IMG/VR virus record: IMGVR_UViG_3300010885_076238
Span: 62,001-126,000 of that record
DNA length: 64,000 bases
Direction: 5' to 3' (one strand)
The notes beneath the pieces are model-generated. The model ran no database searches. It saw nothing but the letters and a program-made list of their open reading frames with translations, and was not told the DNA's origin. A program made the translations under genes and the position numbers. Positions 27,231 through 37,138 of this stretch are shown here, piece after piece; positions within the stretch are counted from its first letter, which is position 1; each line of letters opens with the position of its first letter.

Positions 27231-27416
27231 ATGACTTATATTTGGATGGTTTTAGTTAATAATAGTAGAATTATTGGCTATGTAAGATCAGAAAGCGAAA
27301 CCAGTGCTTTTAACATTGCAAAAGAAAAGGTTGCGAAGGATGTTCCCTTTTTTTTAGAGAGGGTTTATTTAGGAAGCCCCATACCAGTTGGCGAAGAATT
27401 CTTTATTTCCAATTAA
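27231..27416 (+). CDS. hypothetical protein
   Basis: AAGGT RBS. Confidence 0.6.
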   Translation: MTYIWMVLVNNSRIIGYVRSESETSAFNIAKEKVAKDVPFFLERVYLGSPIPVGEEFFISN

Positions 27417-27434
27417 ATAGCTGGACGGTGATGT

Positions 27435-28043
27435 TTGACAAATAACATATCTTTGATTGGAGATGTTCATGGTAAATATAAAAGATACCATGAAATAATT
27501 AGGGAGAAAGATCGCCATGAATACACTGTGCAAATTGGAGATTTTGGATTCAATTATGAAACTTTAAAAAATGTTGATCCAAATAATCATAAAATTATAG
27601 GTGGCAACCATGATAATTATGATAAAATAATAAATACTCCACATTATCTTGGAGACTATGGAAATACAACTCTAAATGGAGTAGAGTTTTTCTTTTATAG
27701 AGGGGCTTATAGCATAGACCGCCAATATCGCACAATTGGAGTGGATTGGTGGGAATCTGAGCAATTAAAAATTGAACAGTTCATGGAGGCAAGAGAACTC
27801 TATAGAAGCATCAAGCCAAAAATTGTTATAACTCATGATTGTCCTGAGTGCATTGTTCCATATTACATAGGTTTTCAAGGAAAAATATATCAGAACATAA
27901 CCAGTTGGGGATTGAATGAATTACTTAATATTCATCAACCAGAACTTTGGATTCATGGTCATTTTCATCAATCCAAAACCACAAAATATGGAAATACAAA
28001 CTTTATTTGTTTGAATGAATTAGAAGTTTTTAAAATTAAATAA
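27435..28043 (+). CDS. calcineurin-like metallophosphoesterase
   Basis: GDVHG, QIGDFG, GGNHD, ITHDCP, HGHFH. Confidence 0.92.
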   Translation: MTNNISLIGDVHGKYKRYHEIIREKDRHEYTVQIGDFGFNYETLKNVDPNNHKIIGGNHDNYDKIINTPHYLGDYGNTTLNGVEFFFYRGAYSIDRQYRTIGVDWWESEQLKIEQFMEARELYRSIKPKIVITHDCPECIVPYYIGFQGKIYQNITSWGLNELLNIHQPELWIHGHFHQSKTTKYGNTNFICLNELEVFKIK

Positions 28044-28103
28044 TAAATTGTGCAGATCGTTATCTCTGCAAGTTGAAAAATAATCTGCAAAAGGAATTAA
28101 AAT

Positions 28104-28328
28104 ATGATAATAATGCCAGCTTGGATAATTAGTGAAGATGAAAATGGATATGTCGCTCTTTTGGGTAGCGAACCTAAGATGGATGCAGAAAAAGAGTTTT
28201 TGCCCAAAGAATGTGTTGACAAAATTGTTTACGCTCCTATGATTCACGAATCTGGTTACAAATTTTCTTTGCTTACTCTCAACCCAGACAAAGTTCCAGA
28301 AAAAATTAAAAACATGATCAATCACTGA
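28104..28328 (+). CDS. hypothetical protein
   Basis: AAGGA RBS; promoter at 28039-28063. Confidence 0.65.
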   Translation: MIIMPAWIISEDENGYVALLGSEPKMDAEKEFLPKECVDKIVYAPMIHESGYKFSLLTLNPDKVPEKIKNMINH

Positions 28329-28372
28329 AAATAAAAATTTATTCAAGCCGTTATGTGTATAAGGAGACAAAA

Positions 28373-29497
28373 ATGAACGAACAATTTGCCAATGTCATTC
28401 GCCAAAGAATTTACCAGCGTGTTCCTCTTGAGCAACTCGCAGAAGCAGGAATTAAGGAATTTTATGTTGCTGGCAATTCTTTGAATAAACAGCCCCCTAA
28501 CGATATTGATATTTTCCCAGTGGGAAATCTCTTTACTCAAGAGCAAGCTGAAAAGCTTGGAAATATCGTTAGTTCAACTAAAAACGCAATCACTGTTAAG
28601 GTTGGTCTTGATAAAAAAATCAACCATCAAACCGTAGATGGTCAGAATGAAATTGAAGTTAGTGGCAAAAACATTGTGGTTCAACTTTGTAATTACCAAC
28701 ACGGTGAACTTGAGTCTTTAGTTAATTCTTTTGATTTTTCTCATATCCAAATTGGAGCCAAGGTAGACAATCTTGGCATCACAGTCTATTACACTAAGGA
28801 ATATGAGAATGCAAAAATGTGTCAATCTACCGAATATGTCGGTAGCGAATACCCTTTGTCTTCTATGATTAGAATGTTCAAATACGCAAAGCGTGGCGAC
28901 TTTGCTGGAAATTCTCATATTTTTTCTGCTTTCAAAATCGTCACAGATGTTGTAGACAGAGGGTTTGATGACTTCGATGACTTCAAGAATCAATTGGATG
29001 CTATTGATCTTGGATTGGTTCCAGAAAATCAAAAGGAACTTGTTGATGCAGGCTTGGCATCAGAAGAATCCGGCTTGGATTTTTCTGAAGAAGGCAAAAA
29101 AGTTCTTAATAAACTGATGAGCTTTTTGATTTTGAGCAAGAAGGCGATTTGCAAAGACGCACAGGCTGCGTATGATTACGCACAAAGCTCTGGCGAACGA
29201 TTTGAAAAGGGCGAAGATGCGATTAGCAAAGATGAAAAATTGGCTCTTGCATATGCAAAAAATATATTGAAAGGTAGGTTTGAAAAAGGCGAAGAAGCCA
29301 TTTCTAACAATCCTTATTTGGTTCATGATTATTGGTGCAATGTGATTAACAAATCAATTCATGTATATGATGTATATAATAATAGCGATATGCAAAAACT
29401 GCCTGAATTTTTGCATAATAAAATGATCGCTTATGGGATGGATAATAATCATTATGCAAAAGACTATCTTTTTAGAATTTCAAAAATCGCAGCGTAA
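28373..29497 (+). CDS. Pol-beta-superfamily nucleotidyltransferase fused to helical repeats and LP-HN-M motif
   Basis: VAGNS...NDIDIF, SFDF, SMIRMFKYAKRG; C-terminal AYDYA...RFEKGE units and KLPEFLHNKMIA; promoter at 28330-28354. Confidence 0.7.
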   Translation: MNEQFANVIRQRIYQRVPLEQLAEAGIKEFYVAGNSLNKQPPNDIDIFPVGNLFTQEQAEKLGNIVSSTKNAITVKVGLDKKINHQTVDGQNEIEVSGKNIVVQLCNYQHGELESLVNSFDFSHIQIGAKVDNLGITVYYTKEYENAKMCQSTEYVGSEYPLSSMIRMFKYAKRGDFAGNSHIFSAFKIVTDVVDRGFDDFDDFKNQLDAIDLGLVPENQKELVDAGLASEESGLDFSEEGKKVLNKLMSFLILSKKAICKDAQAAYDYAQSSGERFEKGEDAISKDEKLALAYAKNILKGRFEKGEEAISNNPYLVHDYWCNVINKSIHVYDVYNNSDMQKLPEFLHNKMIAYGMDNNHYAKDYLFRISKIAA

Positions 29498-29503
29498 ATT
29501 CTT

Positions 29504-29803
29504 TCATTTGTGCTTCTTCTTCTTTTTGATTCTCTCTAATTCATCTAAATATTGATTTTGATACATCGCTTGATTTTTTTCTTTGAGTTTTCTTGCTTTT
29601 TTATGCTGCTTATCTTCTATTAATTTAATTTTAATAGTTTTTATTCCAGAGAATATTAGAAAAAATGGCACAATGGCAATTAAAAAAAGTATTACATAAG
29701 AAAAATAAAATAGCATCTTAAGAACGAAAGATGTAAACAGAATACAATAGTAGCAAAATGGAGCGTCTCTCTGAAAATATTCCATCCATTCTGGTTCATA
29801 CAT
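29504..29803 (-). CDS. membrane protein
   Basis: Long hydrophobic segment, basic tail. Confidence 0.65.
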   Translation of the reverse strand: MYEPEWMEYFQRDAPFCYYCILFTSFVLKMLFYFSYVILFLIAIVPFFLIFSGIKTIKIKLIEDKQHKKARKLKEKNQAMYQNQYLDELERIKKKKKHK

Positions 29804-30049
29804 AATTTATTATAGTTAGCTTCTTAAAACTAAATAACATATAGCCAATGTCAAAAACGCTTCTCTTACATGAAACCAAAATTCAATATCATAAAACATA
29901 TAAAACATTTTAATTCTCCAAATTAGGAGTACCAGAAAAGAAAAGTTATCCAAACAGCTAATATAAAATAAATCCAAAAATTTGGCGGGCTTTTCATAAT
30001 AGTATATATGAAAAATCCTAACAATTTCCTAACAATTCAATTAAAAAGC

Positions 30050-32536
30050 TTATTTTTTACTAACTTGATAGCACCAAAATTTAATTGTTTTATCATTATT
30101 ATAGCCAACCTTCACACAACTCTTAATTTGTTTAATTTTTGATAAAATCTTTGCGAATTGTGGTTGGTATTTAAAAGAACCTTCTAAATTCATAACAAAT
30201 TCTAATATAACAAAAACTAAAGACTTAATTTCTGAAAATTCTTTTGTCTGTCTCCAGTGTGGGTTTAGATCAAATCTATTACTTAGCTTCACATCTACTG
30301 ATTCTAAATTAATCATAGTTTGAATAAAGCTATCAATTACATCATTTATTTCTCTAGATTTGTATGTAGCATCCATATTATTATCATAAGAAATAACTCT
30401 AAATTTTCTTTGCATTTCTCCAAGAATTCTTACAAATCTTTTGCCGATATTGGCAACACCTGTTTGGGACTTTGAAATTCCTTCTTTTGTAGAACCGATT
30501 TTGCTAAAATCTATTTTAGAATAATCGCCATCAAAAAGTCCAGAACTTATCAATTGATCACTTAATAAGATTGCTTTATTAATTTGAATCTTTAGTTCTT
30601 CTGTAATAATGCCTGGGCCGGTCATGCTTAGTATATAATTAAGATTGGTTCCGATGTAACGAACTTTATCTTTATTGAATATTCCCTTTGTAATAAGAGC
30701 TTGATATTCATCTTCGCTTATTTTTTTGGCTTCTCTCACAAGAGAAGAACATAAAACAAAAAAGTTATTGAGCACTCTTTCAATTTTACCCATTCCATAA
30801 TATTTCACATTGCCTAATTCAGTCTGAACTTTGCTAAGATTACGCTCCAATCCCATAAACCATTTTTCTTTAGGAGTGGCATCTAGTCCAAAACGGATTT
30901 CGTCTTTTTTTTGTTTATCATAATAGTCATTGTCACACTCGCCAATTTGATTAATAATAATTGTAGAAATTAATTCGATATTTTTTGTGCTAAAAAATAC
31001 TCCCTGAGTTGGCTCTGAGGGATATATTGATCCTGTATCGTGCGAGTCTAAAAGACCATCAATCCCTAGTTTTCTTAGTAGTCCCGTCCACATTGCCCAA
31101 GGGCGATATTTTTTTTGATTACGTTCGGGCTTTTCTTTTTCCCCTCTGTTTGAACCTATGTAGCCTTTTTTTGCTATTATCATATCTGATATTTTTTTTG
31201 TGATCACATAAAGAAATTTACCGGAAACGTCCTGCTTCCCAGATGATCTCAGACTGATTAGAGACTTCATTAAAGCTTGATTCCAATCTATATCATTTTT
31301 TTCACAAAAATCTTGTAGTTCTTTGCCAAATGGAACTTTTATGGATTCTGATATTTCTTTTTTTCTTTTTGCTATTTCAACTTCAAAATTACCAATTTTT
31401 TTTACCCAATAATCTAATAATTTTTTTACTTTTTTATTTGATAATAAGAAATAACTTTCAATGTAAGTATTGAAATTAGGGCTTGCATCAATATCTCTAA
31501 AATAAGATCCTAAATTAACATAAGATCTCAGACTTTTTGAAATTTTAGTTAATTCTTCTAAAGAAATTTTATCATTTCCAAGCATTTCGAGCATTTTGCG
31601 ATCATTTTCTCTTGAAATGCCCCCAGTACCGCTAGAAAAAGGCTCGGTTTTTATCATTTTATTTGCAAAATTTCTAACCTCGTCAGACAATGCAAAAGAA
31701 TTATTGTCTAAATTAGTGAATAAAGGTAGTTTTTGCGAAGAACCGGGCCATGGCGATAAACTAGAAATCAAATTATCAAGACCAAAATTAATCATCATTC
31801 TTGTTGCGTTGAAAGTCAATTCAGAAATTATTCTTTCAAAATTTTCTTTCGATGAAAGTTTTTCAATTCTATCAACAGAATATTTTTTAATTGATTTTTC
31901 TTCTTCTGAGTAGTCGTCCATCTCGCTCTTAGCAGTTGATACTGTGTTATGATAGAAATTATAAACAATATCATCGCTATACAATTCTGCTCCGCTTTTT
32001 AATAATTCCTCTTTTATTGTTTTTTTTAATAATTTAATTTTTAAATTTTCATGCTTGTAAATATAGTTGCTTATTTGTTGTTTTATGGTTTTGTTTATTT
32101 CATCAACATCGGAAATTTCTTTTATTTCTCCTTCTCCTGGCTTCATAGAAATATAACTTTCTTTATTTTTAATTTTAAAAATGTGAAGATACTTTCTGCT
32201 TCCGGCCATAGGAACGCCTGAGACATTCTTTTTAATAATATACTCAAGAGGAAAAGCATATAATCCTAAAGGAGTTCCACCATCGTCAGCAGAATATTTT
32301 GGCCCAAGTCTTTGAACACAAGAAAAATTACCCCATATGTCTTCGGGCTTAGTGTTATTGTTCACAGCTTTTTCAAAGACAGTCTTTATTTGTTTGATTT
32401 TTTCAAACTTTCTGTAAGGTTTTCCTGTTTGAGGATCGGCTATAGATGGATCAACTCTGCCCACGGCTCTTGAAAGGAGTTGTGGTTCTTCTATCAAATA
32501 TGTGTCTATTGGTTGAAAATATTCTTTAAAATTCAT
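30050..32536 (-). CDS. large putative internal head protein with split ART-like domain (paralogue of 34149-36446)
   Basis: MNFKEY...LIEE N-peptide; TPLGLYAFP and LGIDG..D...IYPSEPTQGVFF blocks shared with the paralogue. Confidence 0.6.
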   Translation of the reverse strand: MNFKEYFQPIDTYLIEEPQLLSRAVGRVDPSIADPQTGKPYRKFEKIKQIKTVFEKAVNNNTKPEDIWGNFSCVQRLGPKYSADDGGTPLGLYAFPLEYIIKKNVSGVPMAGSRKYLHIFKIKNKESYISMKPGEGEIKEISDVDEINKTIKQQISNYIYKHENLKIKLLKKTIKEELLKSGAELYSDDIVYNFYHNTVSTAKSEMDDYSEEEKSIKKYSVDRIEKLSSKENFERIISELTFNATRMMINFGLDNLISSLSPWPGSSQKLPLFTNLDNNSFALSDEVRNFANKMIKTEPFSSGTGGISRENDRKMLEMLGNDKISLEELTKISKSLRSYVNLGSYFRDIDASPNFNTYIESYFLLSNKKVKKLLDYWVKKIGNFEVEIAKRKKEISESIKVPFGKELQDFCEKNDIDWNQALMKSLISLRSSGKQDVSGKFLYVITKKISDMIIAKKGYIGSNRGEKEKPERNQKKYRPWAMWTGLLRKLGIDGLLDSHDTGSIYPSEPTQGVFFSTKNIELISTIIINQIGECDNDYYDKQKKDEIRFGLDATPKEKWFMGLERNLSKVQTELGNVKYYGMGKIERVLNNFFVLCSSLVREAKKISEDEYQALITKGIFNKDKVRYIGTNLNYILSMTGPGIITEELKIQINKAILLSDQLISSGLFDGDYSKIDFSKIGSTKEGISKSQTGVANIGKRFVRILGEMQRKFRVISYDNNMDATYKSREINDVIDSFIQTMINLESVDVKLSNRFDLNPHWRQTKEFSEIKSLVFVILEFVMNLEGSFKYQPQFAKILSKIKQIKSCVKVGYNNDKTIKFWCYQVSKK

Positions 32537-32607
32537 GTATCTATATCTATGTTTTTACTGAAATAAATTAGTCGATCTATTTCGTATATAAATTTATAGG
32601 AGATTCT

Positions 32608-32994
32608 ATGTATAAAATTGTATTGCGATCTATATTTTACCATTGGTTTGCCTTATTTATTGGAATTTCCATAGGTTTTATAGCTAATTCGGAGTGGGTT
32701 GGGGACAAATATGCGATTGTAGAAAGATCGGTCAGAAACATATTTTTCCCAATTCAATATGACGAGAATATTGAGGCTTTTGTAAAACAGGCTGGAAAAG
32801 TGAGGTTGTGGTCTAGTTTAGAATGCCCCGAGGATTTTGTTGTATTAGACGATTTGGTAAAGGGCGAAGAATTTTATTGGGCATTGTATAAATATAAGGA
32901 TAAGAACGGAAAAGAAGTCAAGGATGTTGGAAGCATTAGAGTCAAATGGAAAACTTGGGAATATTATTATAAGCTAGATGAAATAATTAAATAA
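32608..32994 (+). CDS. membrane-anchored hypothetical protein
   Basis: AGGAG RBS; N-terminal TM helix. Confidence 0.7.
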   Translation: MYKIVLRSIFYHWFALFIGISIGFIANSEWVGDKYAIVERSVRNIFFPIQYDENIEAFVKQAGKVRLWSSLECPEDFVVLDDLVKGEEFYWALYKYKDKNGKEVKDVGSIRVKWKTWEYYYKLDEIIK

Positions 32995-33003
32995 AGGTAA
33001 AAT

Positions 33004-33273
33004 ATGAAAACTTTCAATGAATGGCTAAAAAACAGAGTATTGAGCGAAGGCAATCAAAAAAACGCAAGAGAACTCAGAGCGTTATTAGAAAAAGAGGGCT
33101 TTATTTTTGTGCGAGACGGTGACGAGCTTATAATGAAAAAAGACGACATTCCAATCACAGTAAGCAAACAATCGGATCGCGTTTTGCCAAGAAAACTTGT
33201 AAAAACCGTCCTGCGAGATTGGCAAAGAAACAAGGATAAAATAGACGCACTAAGAGCCAGACGAGCCGTATAA
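33004..33273 (+). CDS. putative internal head protein with HicA-like fold
   Basis: MKTFNEWL...LSE then ARELRALLEKEGF..R......ITV.....LPRKLVKTVLRD; TAAATA at 32988-32993. Confidence 0.55.
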   Translation: MKTFNEWLKNRVLSEGNQKNARELRALLEKEGFIFVRDGDELIMKKDDIPITVSKQSDRVLPRKLVKTVLRDWQRNKDKIDALRARRAV

Positions 33274-33294
33274 TATTATTTACAAATTCCTTAA

Positions 33295-33319
33295 AATAAT
33301 AATTTATTATATGCGTTAT
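33295..33319 (+). promoter_or_regulatory. phage promoter motif AATAAT-N13-CGTTAT
   Basis: Exact consensus, AGGAGG 5 nt downstream. Confidence 0.75.
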
Positions 33320-33338
33320 ACCATAGGAGGAAACTTTT

Positions 33339-33701
33339 ATGTGGCTTTTTACTAAATATGGGTTTTTCAGTGTTGTTTGTGCAAGAAAGAACAATGGTTT
33401 GAGTTCTGACGTAGATACAGAAACTCTTATGATCAGAGCTAGATCAAAAAATCATCTTGAAAATTTGATCAATAGTTTTCAAGATTTGAATGATTGTCAA
33501 ATAGCAACAACACACGACACAGATTACCGATACAGAATCTTTGTTCCAAAGAAGATATGGAGCAATGTGATGCTAGAATTATCAAGTGAAATTGATTATG
33601 GAAACTTCAAGAGCAAAGTTCACAAATCTTTGCAAGACCAAGAATTTTCTCATTGCTTGGGTGATATTTGGAGTGTAATGTATAGGTATCAAGATGAGTA
33701 A
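33339..33701 (+). CDS. hypothetical phage protein
   Basis: MWLFTKYGFFSVV...IRAR...DYRYR...IDYGNFK. Confidence 0.75.
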   Translation: MWLFTKYGFFSVVCARKNNGLSSDVDTETLMIRARSKNHLENLINSFQDLNDCQIATTHDTDYRYRIFVPKKIWSNVMLELSSEIDYGNFKSKVHKSLQDQEFSHCLGDIWSVMYRYQDE

Positions 33702-34152
33702 GGTTCTATTTTTGCACGGGATGTTTGGTCAAAATAGTTCCAAGCCTTATTTTATAAGATCTTTAGGATTAGAGGTTTTTCATCCATTTTTGAATGATTG
33801 GAGCTTTGAAGATTCTATCAAAGAAGCCCAAAAACATCTAAATGAAACAGAGCCAGACCTAATCGTAGGTTCTTCAAGAGGCGGTGCGGTTGCGATGAAC
33901 ATTGATTCAAAAAATATACCAATTATTTTATTGGCTCCTGCTTGGAGGTTTTTTGGCAAGAAAGATCGAACCAAAGATAATGCAACTATAATTCATAGCG
34001 AAAATGACAACTTGATTCCGATTAGTGATAGCATAAAATTATCAGCAAATTCAAATTGCAAATTGGTAATTGCAGGAAAAGACCATAGACTAAATTGCGA
34101 AGATGGCAAAAATGCAATCAAAAAAATAATTAATACATATTTGAACTGCTAA
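33694..34152 (+). CDS. small alpha/beta hydrolase
   Basis: FLHG, GSSRGG nucleophile elbow, IHSEND, DHRL. Confidence 0.85.
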   Translation: MSKVLFLHGMFGQNSSKPYFIRSLGLEVFHPFLNDWSFEDSIKEAQKHLNETEPDLIVGSSRGGAVAMNIDSKNIPIILLAPAWRFFGKKDRTKDNATIIHSENDNLIPISDSIKLSANSNCKLVIAGKDHRLNCEDGKNAIKKIINTYLNC

Positions 34153-36446
34153 AGTATATCGGGGTCAAACATTTTAGAGCCATCTGGGTTAAGCGGCTCA
34201 GAGTCCTCGCTTGGCTTTCTAGGTGGTTTTGGCTTCTTATGCTGCGGATGCGTAGTCATTCTAAGTTGAGATGGCTTCAAAAACTCTGCGTTTTGGGGAA
34301 TATCGGGAGTGTATGGAAACATTCCAATCTTTATCAAATATCCAATAACATAAGAATGGTGTTCTATAATCTTTCTTAATTGCTCAAGACTCAACCCAGA
34401 AGAATTGGTTTGCAATTCATCAGCTTGAACGGTTCCAGATATTGGCTCGACTAGGTTCCCTTTATTATCATAAGAATAGCCATCCCCATAACGATCACAA
34501 AACATTATCAAATATCTATCAGAATCGACTTTTTCTAAAACTTTCCCGTAGTCATAATTTTGAAATGGCTTTATGAGCCTTACGACCGCTCCAATTTTTG
34601 GAATTAATAATTTTTCTATATTTGTCTTATTGGCAAGTAAAGTTGAAGACACTCTCTTAATTTCTTGTTCTATTGCATTTTTTAAATCTTGATCACTATC
34701 GGGATTATCTCTTTGTTTCATGAATGAATCAAATAAAATTTGAAATTTTGTTAAAAGTTTCATTGAGCTTAATGGCGATTCTCCTTCATATCTAATACTA
34801 TCTCGATAATTTCCAACAAGCTCTGAAAATCCTTTTTTGATTCCTTTAAGAAATCTATTTGCAGGCGTATCTTCAATATCCCAATCTAAAGGTTCTCCTG
34901 ATTTTCTTTTTTGATTTCTTGTTTGTTTTGGATGCTGCCAACTTTGTGAAAGATCTCTTGGGTTAAATTTATTATTTTGTAAGACTTTCAAAAGTTTAAA
35001 TTGCCTTGGATTAAAAAATGCTCCCTGAGTCGGCTCTCCACTGTGAATAGTGGATGTTCCTTCTGTATCTATTACTCCATCGATTCCCAATTCCCTTAAT
35101 ATTTTTGTCCACAATGCCCATTGTCTAATTGAACTATCGTCTTTATCAGTAACTTCTTGAGACATTATTTTTGTTATTTGATAAACGAAAGCCCCAGAAA
35201 TTGTGCTTAGTCCCCGTCGAGACATTTCTTCAACAGTTGTTGCTAAAACTTCCAGCCAATCAATTTTGTACTTATCACAGAGTTGTTTGATCTTATGATC
35301 AAGGGGGAAGTGAATATCTTTTAAATATTTGCCTTTTTGTGAATTAAATTCATCAAGACTTTTTTCTAGTGACTTTTTGATTTTTTTAGAAATCATTAAA
35401 GCCTTATCAAAAATTTCTGGATTTTTGAGAAATTCTGTTTGGGTTGCCATTTTACTGCGATCTTCGATGTAAGGCGTTCCTATTCTAATATTACCATCCG
35501 CCCCAGAAAAATTCGCTAGACTCATTATTTTATCGATATTAAAATTAAAAAATGATTCTTCTTCGTTTTCTTCATTCCAATTCAAACCATATAATTTTAT
35601 TAAGCTTTGCTTGTCTTCATCACCTGCACTTTTTATTATTTGTATTGCTCCACTAGACAAATAAATTCTAAGCTTTTCTTCATCTAACTTGCCAATGTTC
35701 ACAAATTGAGTTGGGCCATTGCTGGATCCATATCTTTTAATTATCATGTTATCCACAAATTTTTTAATTTCTTTTAATATTTCTGATTTTTCTGGAATGT
35801 CTAAAAGTTTTAATTTTTCTTTTATGCCAAAATAGCCACCTTGCAAACTATCATAATAAACATTTGAATGTAAATCGCCCAATGAATCTTCTATTAGCTC
35901 AAGAATTACTGGGGCATTTCTAAGATTAGATCGCACGAACTTTTTAAGAAAATCAATTTTTTTTGAAAAAACTTTTTTGAAATTTTTGCTAAGAAAATCT
36001 TTCTCTTCTCTTATATTTTTACGAATAGACTCTAAATTAGAAACTTCCATTTGCCCTCTTTTCATAGAAACTACATTATCACTAACCATCTCAAATATAA
36101 GAATGTATTTTCTACTGTATCCATAAGGGACTCTTAATCCGTTTTCTAAAACGTAATTTATAGGATAAGCATAAAGGCCCAAAGGGGTTTGTCCGTTTTT
36201 TGCGTTATAATAAATACCCAATCTTTGATAATCACTAAAACTAGCCCAAATTTTATCTTTAGGAACCTTTAGTTTGCTTACTATATTTTCTAGTTCTTTC
36301 TTTTTATTATTAGCTCTCCAAGGCTTGCCGGTTTCTGGCTCTACGAGCGAACTGTCTACGTCACCAATTCTTTTTTTAACTATGGCTTCAACGATTGTTT
36401 CAAAATAACTTGCGTCATATGTTGTGTAATATTCTTTGAAATTCAT
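34149..36446 (-). CDS. large putative internal head protein with split ART-like domain (paralogue of 30050-32536)
   Basis: MNFKEY...IVEA; TPLGLYAYP; LGIDGVIDT...IHSGEPTQGAFF. Confidence 0.6.
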   Translation of the reverse strand: MNFKEYYTTYDASYFETIVEAIVKKRIGDVDSSLVEPETGKPWRANNKKKELENIVSKLKVPKDKIWASFSDYQRLGIYYNAKNGQTPLGLYAYPINYVLENGLRVPYGYSRKYILIFEMVSDNVVSMKRGQMEVSNLESIRKNIREEKDFLSKNFKKVFSKKIDFLKKFVRSNLRNAPVILELIEDSLGDLHSNVYYDSLQGGYFGIKEKLKLLDIPEKSEILKEIKKFVDNMIIKRYGSSNGPTQFVNIGKLDEEKLRIYLSSGAIQIIKSAGDEDKQSLIKLYGLNWNEENEEESFFNFNIDKIMSLANFSGADGNIRIGTPYIEDRSKMATQTEFLKNPEIFDKALMISKKIKKSLEKSLDEFNSQKGKYLKDIHFPLDHKIKQLCDKYKIDWLEVLATTVEEMSRRGLSTISGAFVYQITKIMSQEVTDKDDSSIRQWALWTKILRELGIDGVIDTEGTSTIHSGEPTQGAFFNPRQFKLLKVLQNNKFNPRDLSQSWQHPKQTRNQKRKSGEPLDWDIEDTPANRFLKGIKKGFSELVGNYRDSIRYEGESPLSSMKLLTKFQILFDSFMKQRDNPDSDQDLKNAIEQEIKRVSSTLLANKTNIEKLLIPKIGAVVRLIKPFQNYDYGKVLEKVDSDRYLIMFCDRYGDGYSYDNKGNLVEPISGTVQADELQTNSSGLSLEQLRKIIEHHSYVIGYLIKIGMFPYTPDIPQNAEFLKPSQLRMTTHPQHKKPKPPRKPSEDSEPLNPDGSKMFDPDIL

Positions 36447-36452
36447 AAATTT

Positions 36453-37067
36453 TTAGGAGGTAGTAGGAATATTTTTTGGAATGGTTATGCCCAAACTAAT
36501 CAGGTGTTTATCTATTGCTAATTTAACAATTGGCAAAGGAATTCCGTGGCCGATATTACTATAGGTTGTTAGTCTAAATCCATAATTATATGCCAACTCA
36601 ATACTATCTTCTACTGGAACCGTAATGTCTTTTTTTCCATGAATAACTATGGTATCACTTGGTAATTTGTCTGGTTTTGAATTGAATATTTTCCAAGCAG
36701 GGCATCCTAAAACAAATTTAGCGTTTGGGTATCTGTAGCCTAATTTCATTGCAACAGCCCCGCCTTGACTTGTTCCAACAACCACATCTGGCACAAAATT
36801 TTTAATTTCTTCATCATGCTTTTTAACATTATCCTGCATATGCTGACTTCCCCAAGTATCTACCTTTTTTCTAATCATAAAAAATGGCTGATACCTCTTA
36901 ATTCTACCCAAATAAGCAGCAAAATAGTGATTTGTAGTGCCTATGGATTTAACATCATAGCCCAGAGTAGCTAGTTTTTTGGGTTTAGAGCCGCTACTAT
37001 TCATTCCGGTAAACCATAAGACCCTTGGTGGTCTTTCTTTTTCTTGAAGCCAGGTTTTAAATTCCAT
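36453..37067 (-). CDS. alpha/beta hydrolase with capsid-targeting-like N-terminus
   Basis: Preferred start MEFKTWLQE at 37067; GTSQGG, IHGKKD, GHG triad. Confidence 0.8.
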   Translation of the reverse strand: MEFKTWLQEKERPPRVLWFTGMNSSGSKPKKLATLGYDVKSIGTTNHYFAAYLGRIKRYQPFFMIRKKVDTWGSQHMQDNVKKHDEEIKNFVPDVVVGTSQGGAVAMKLGYRYPNAKFVLGCPAWKIFNSKPDKLPSDTIVIHGKKDITVPVEDSIELAYNYGFRLTTYSNIGHGIPLPIVKLAIDKHLISLGITIPKNIPTTS

Positions 37068-37138
37068 ATTTAATATATATATTGTAGTAGATAAAAAGTG
37101 CAAAAAACAATGATTTAATAAATAACTAGGCACTCATA

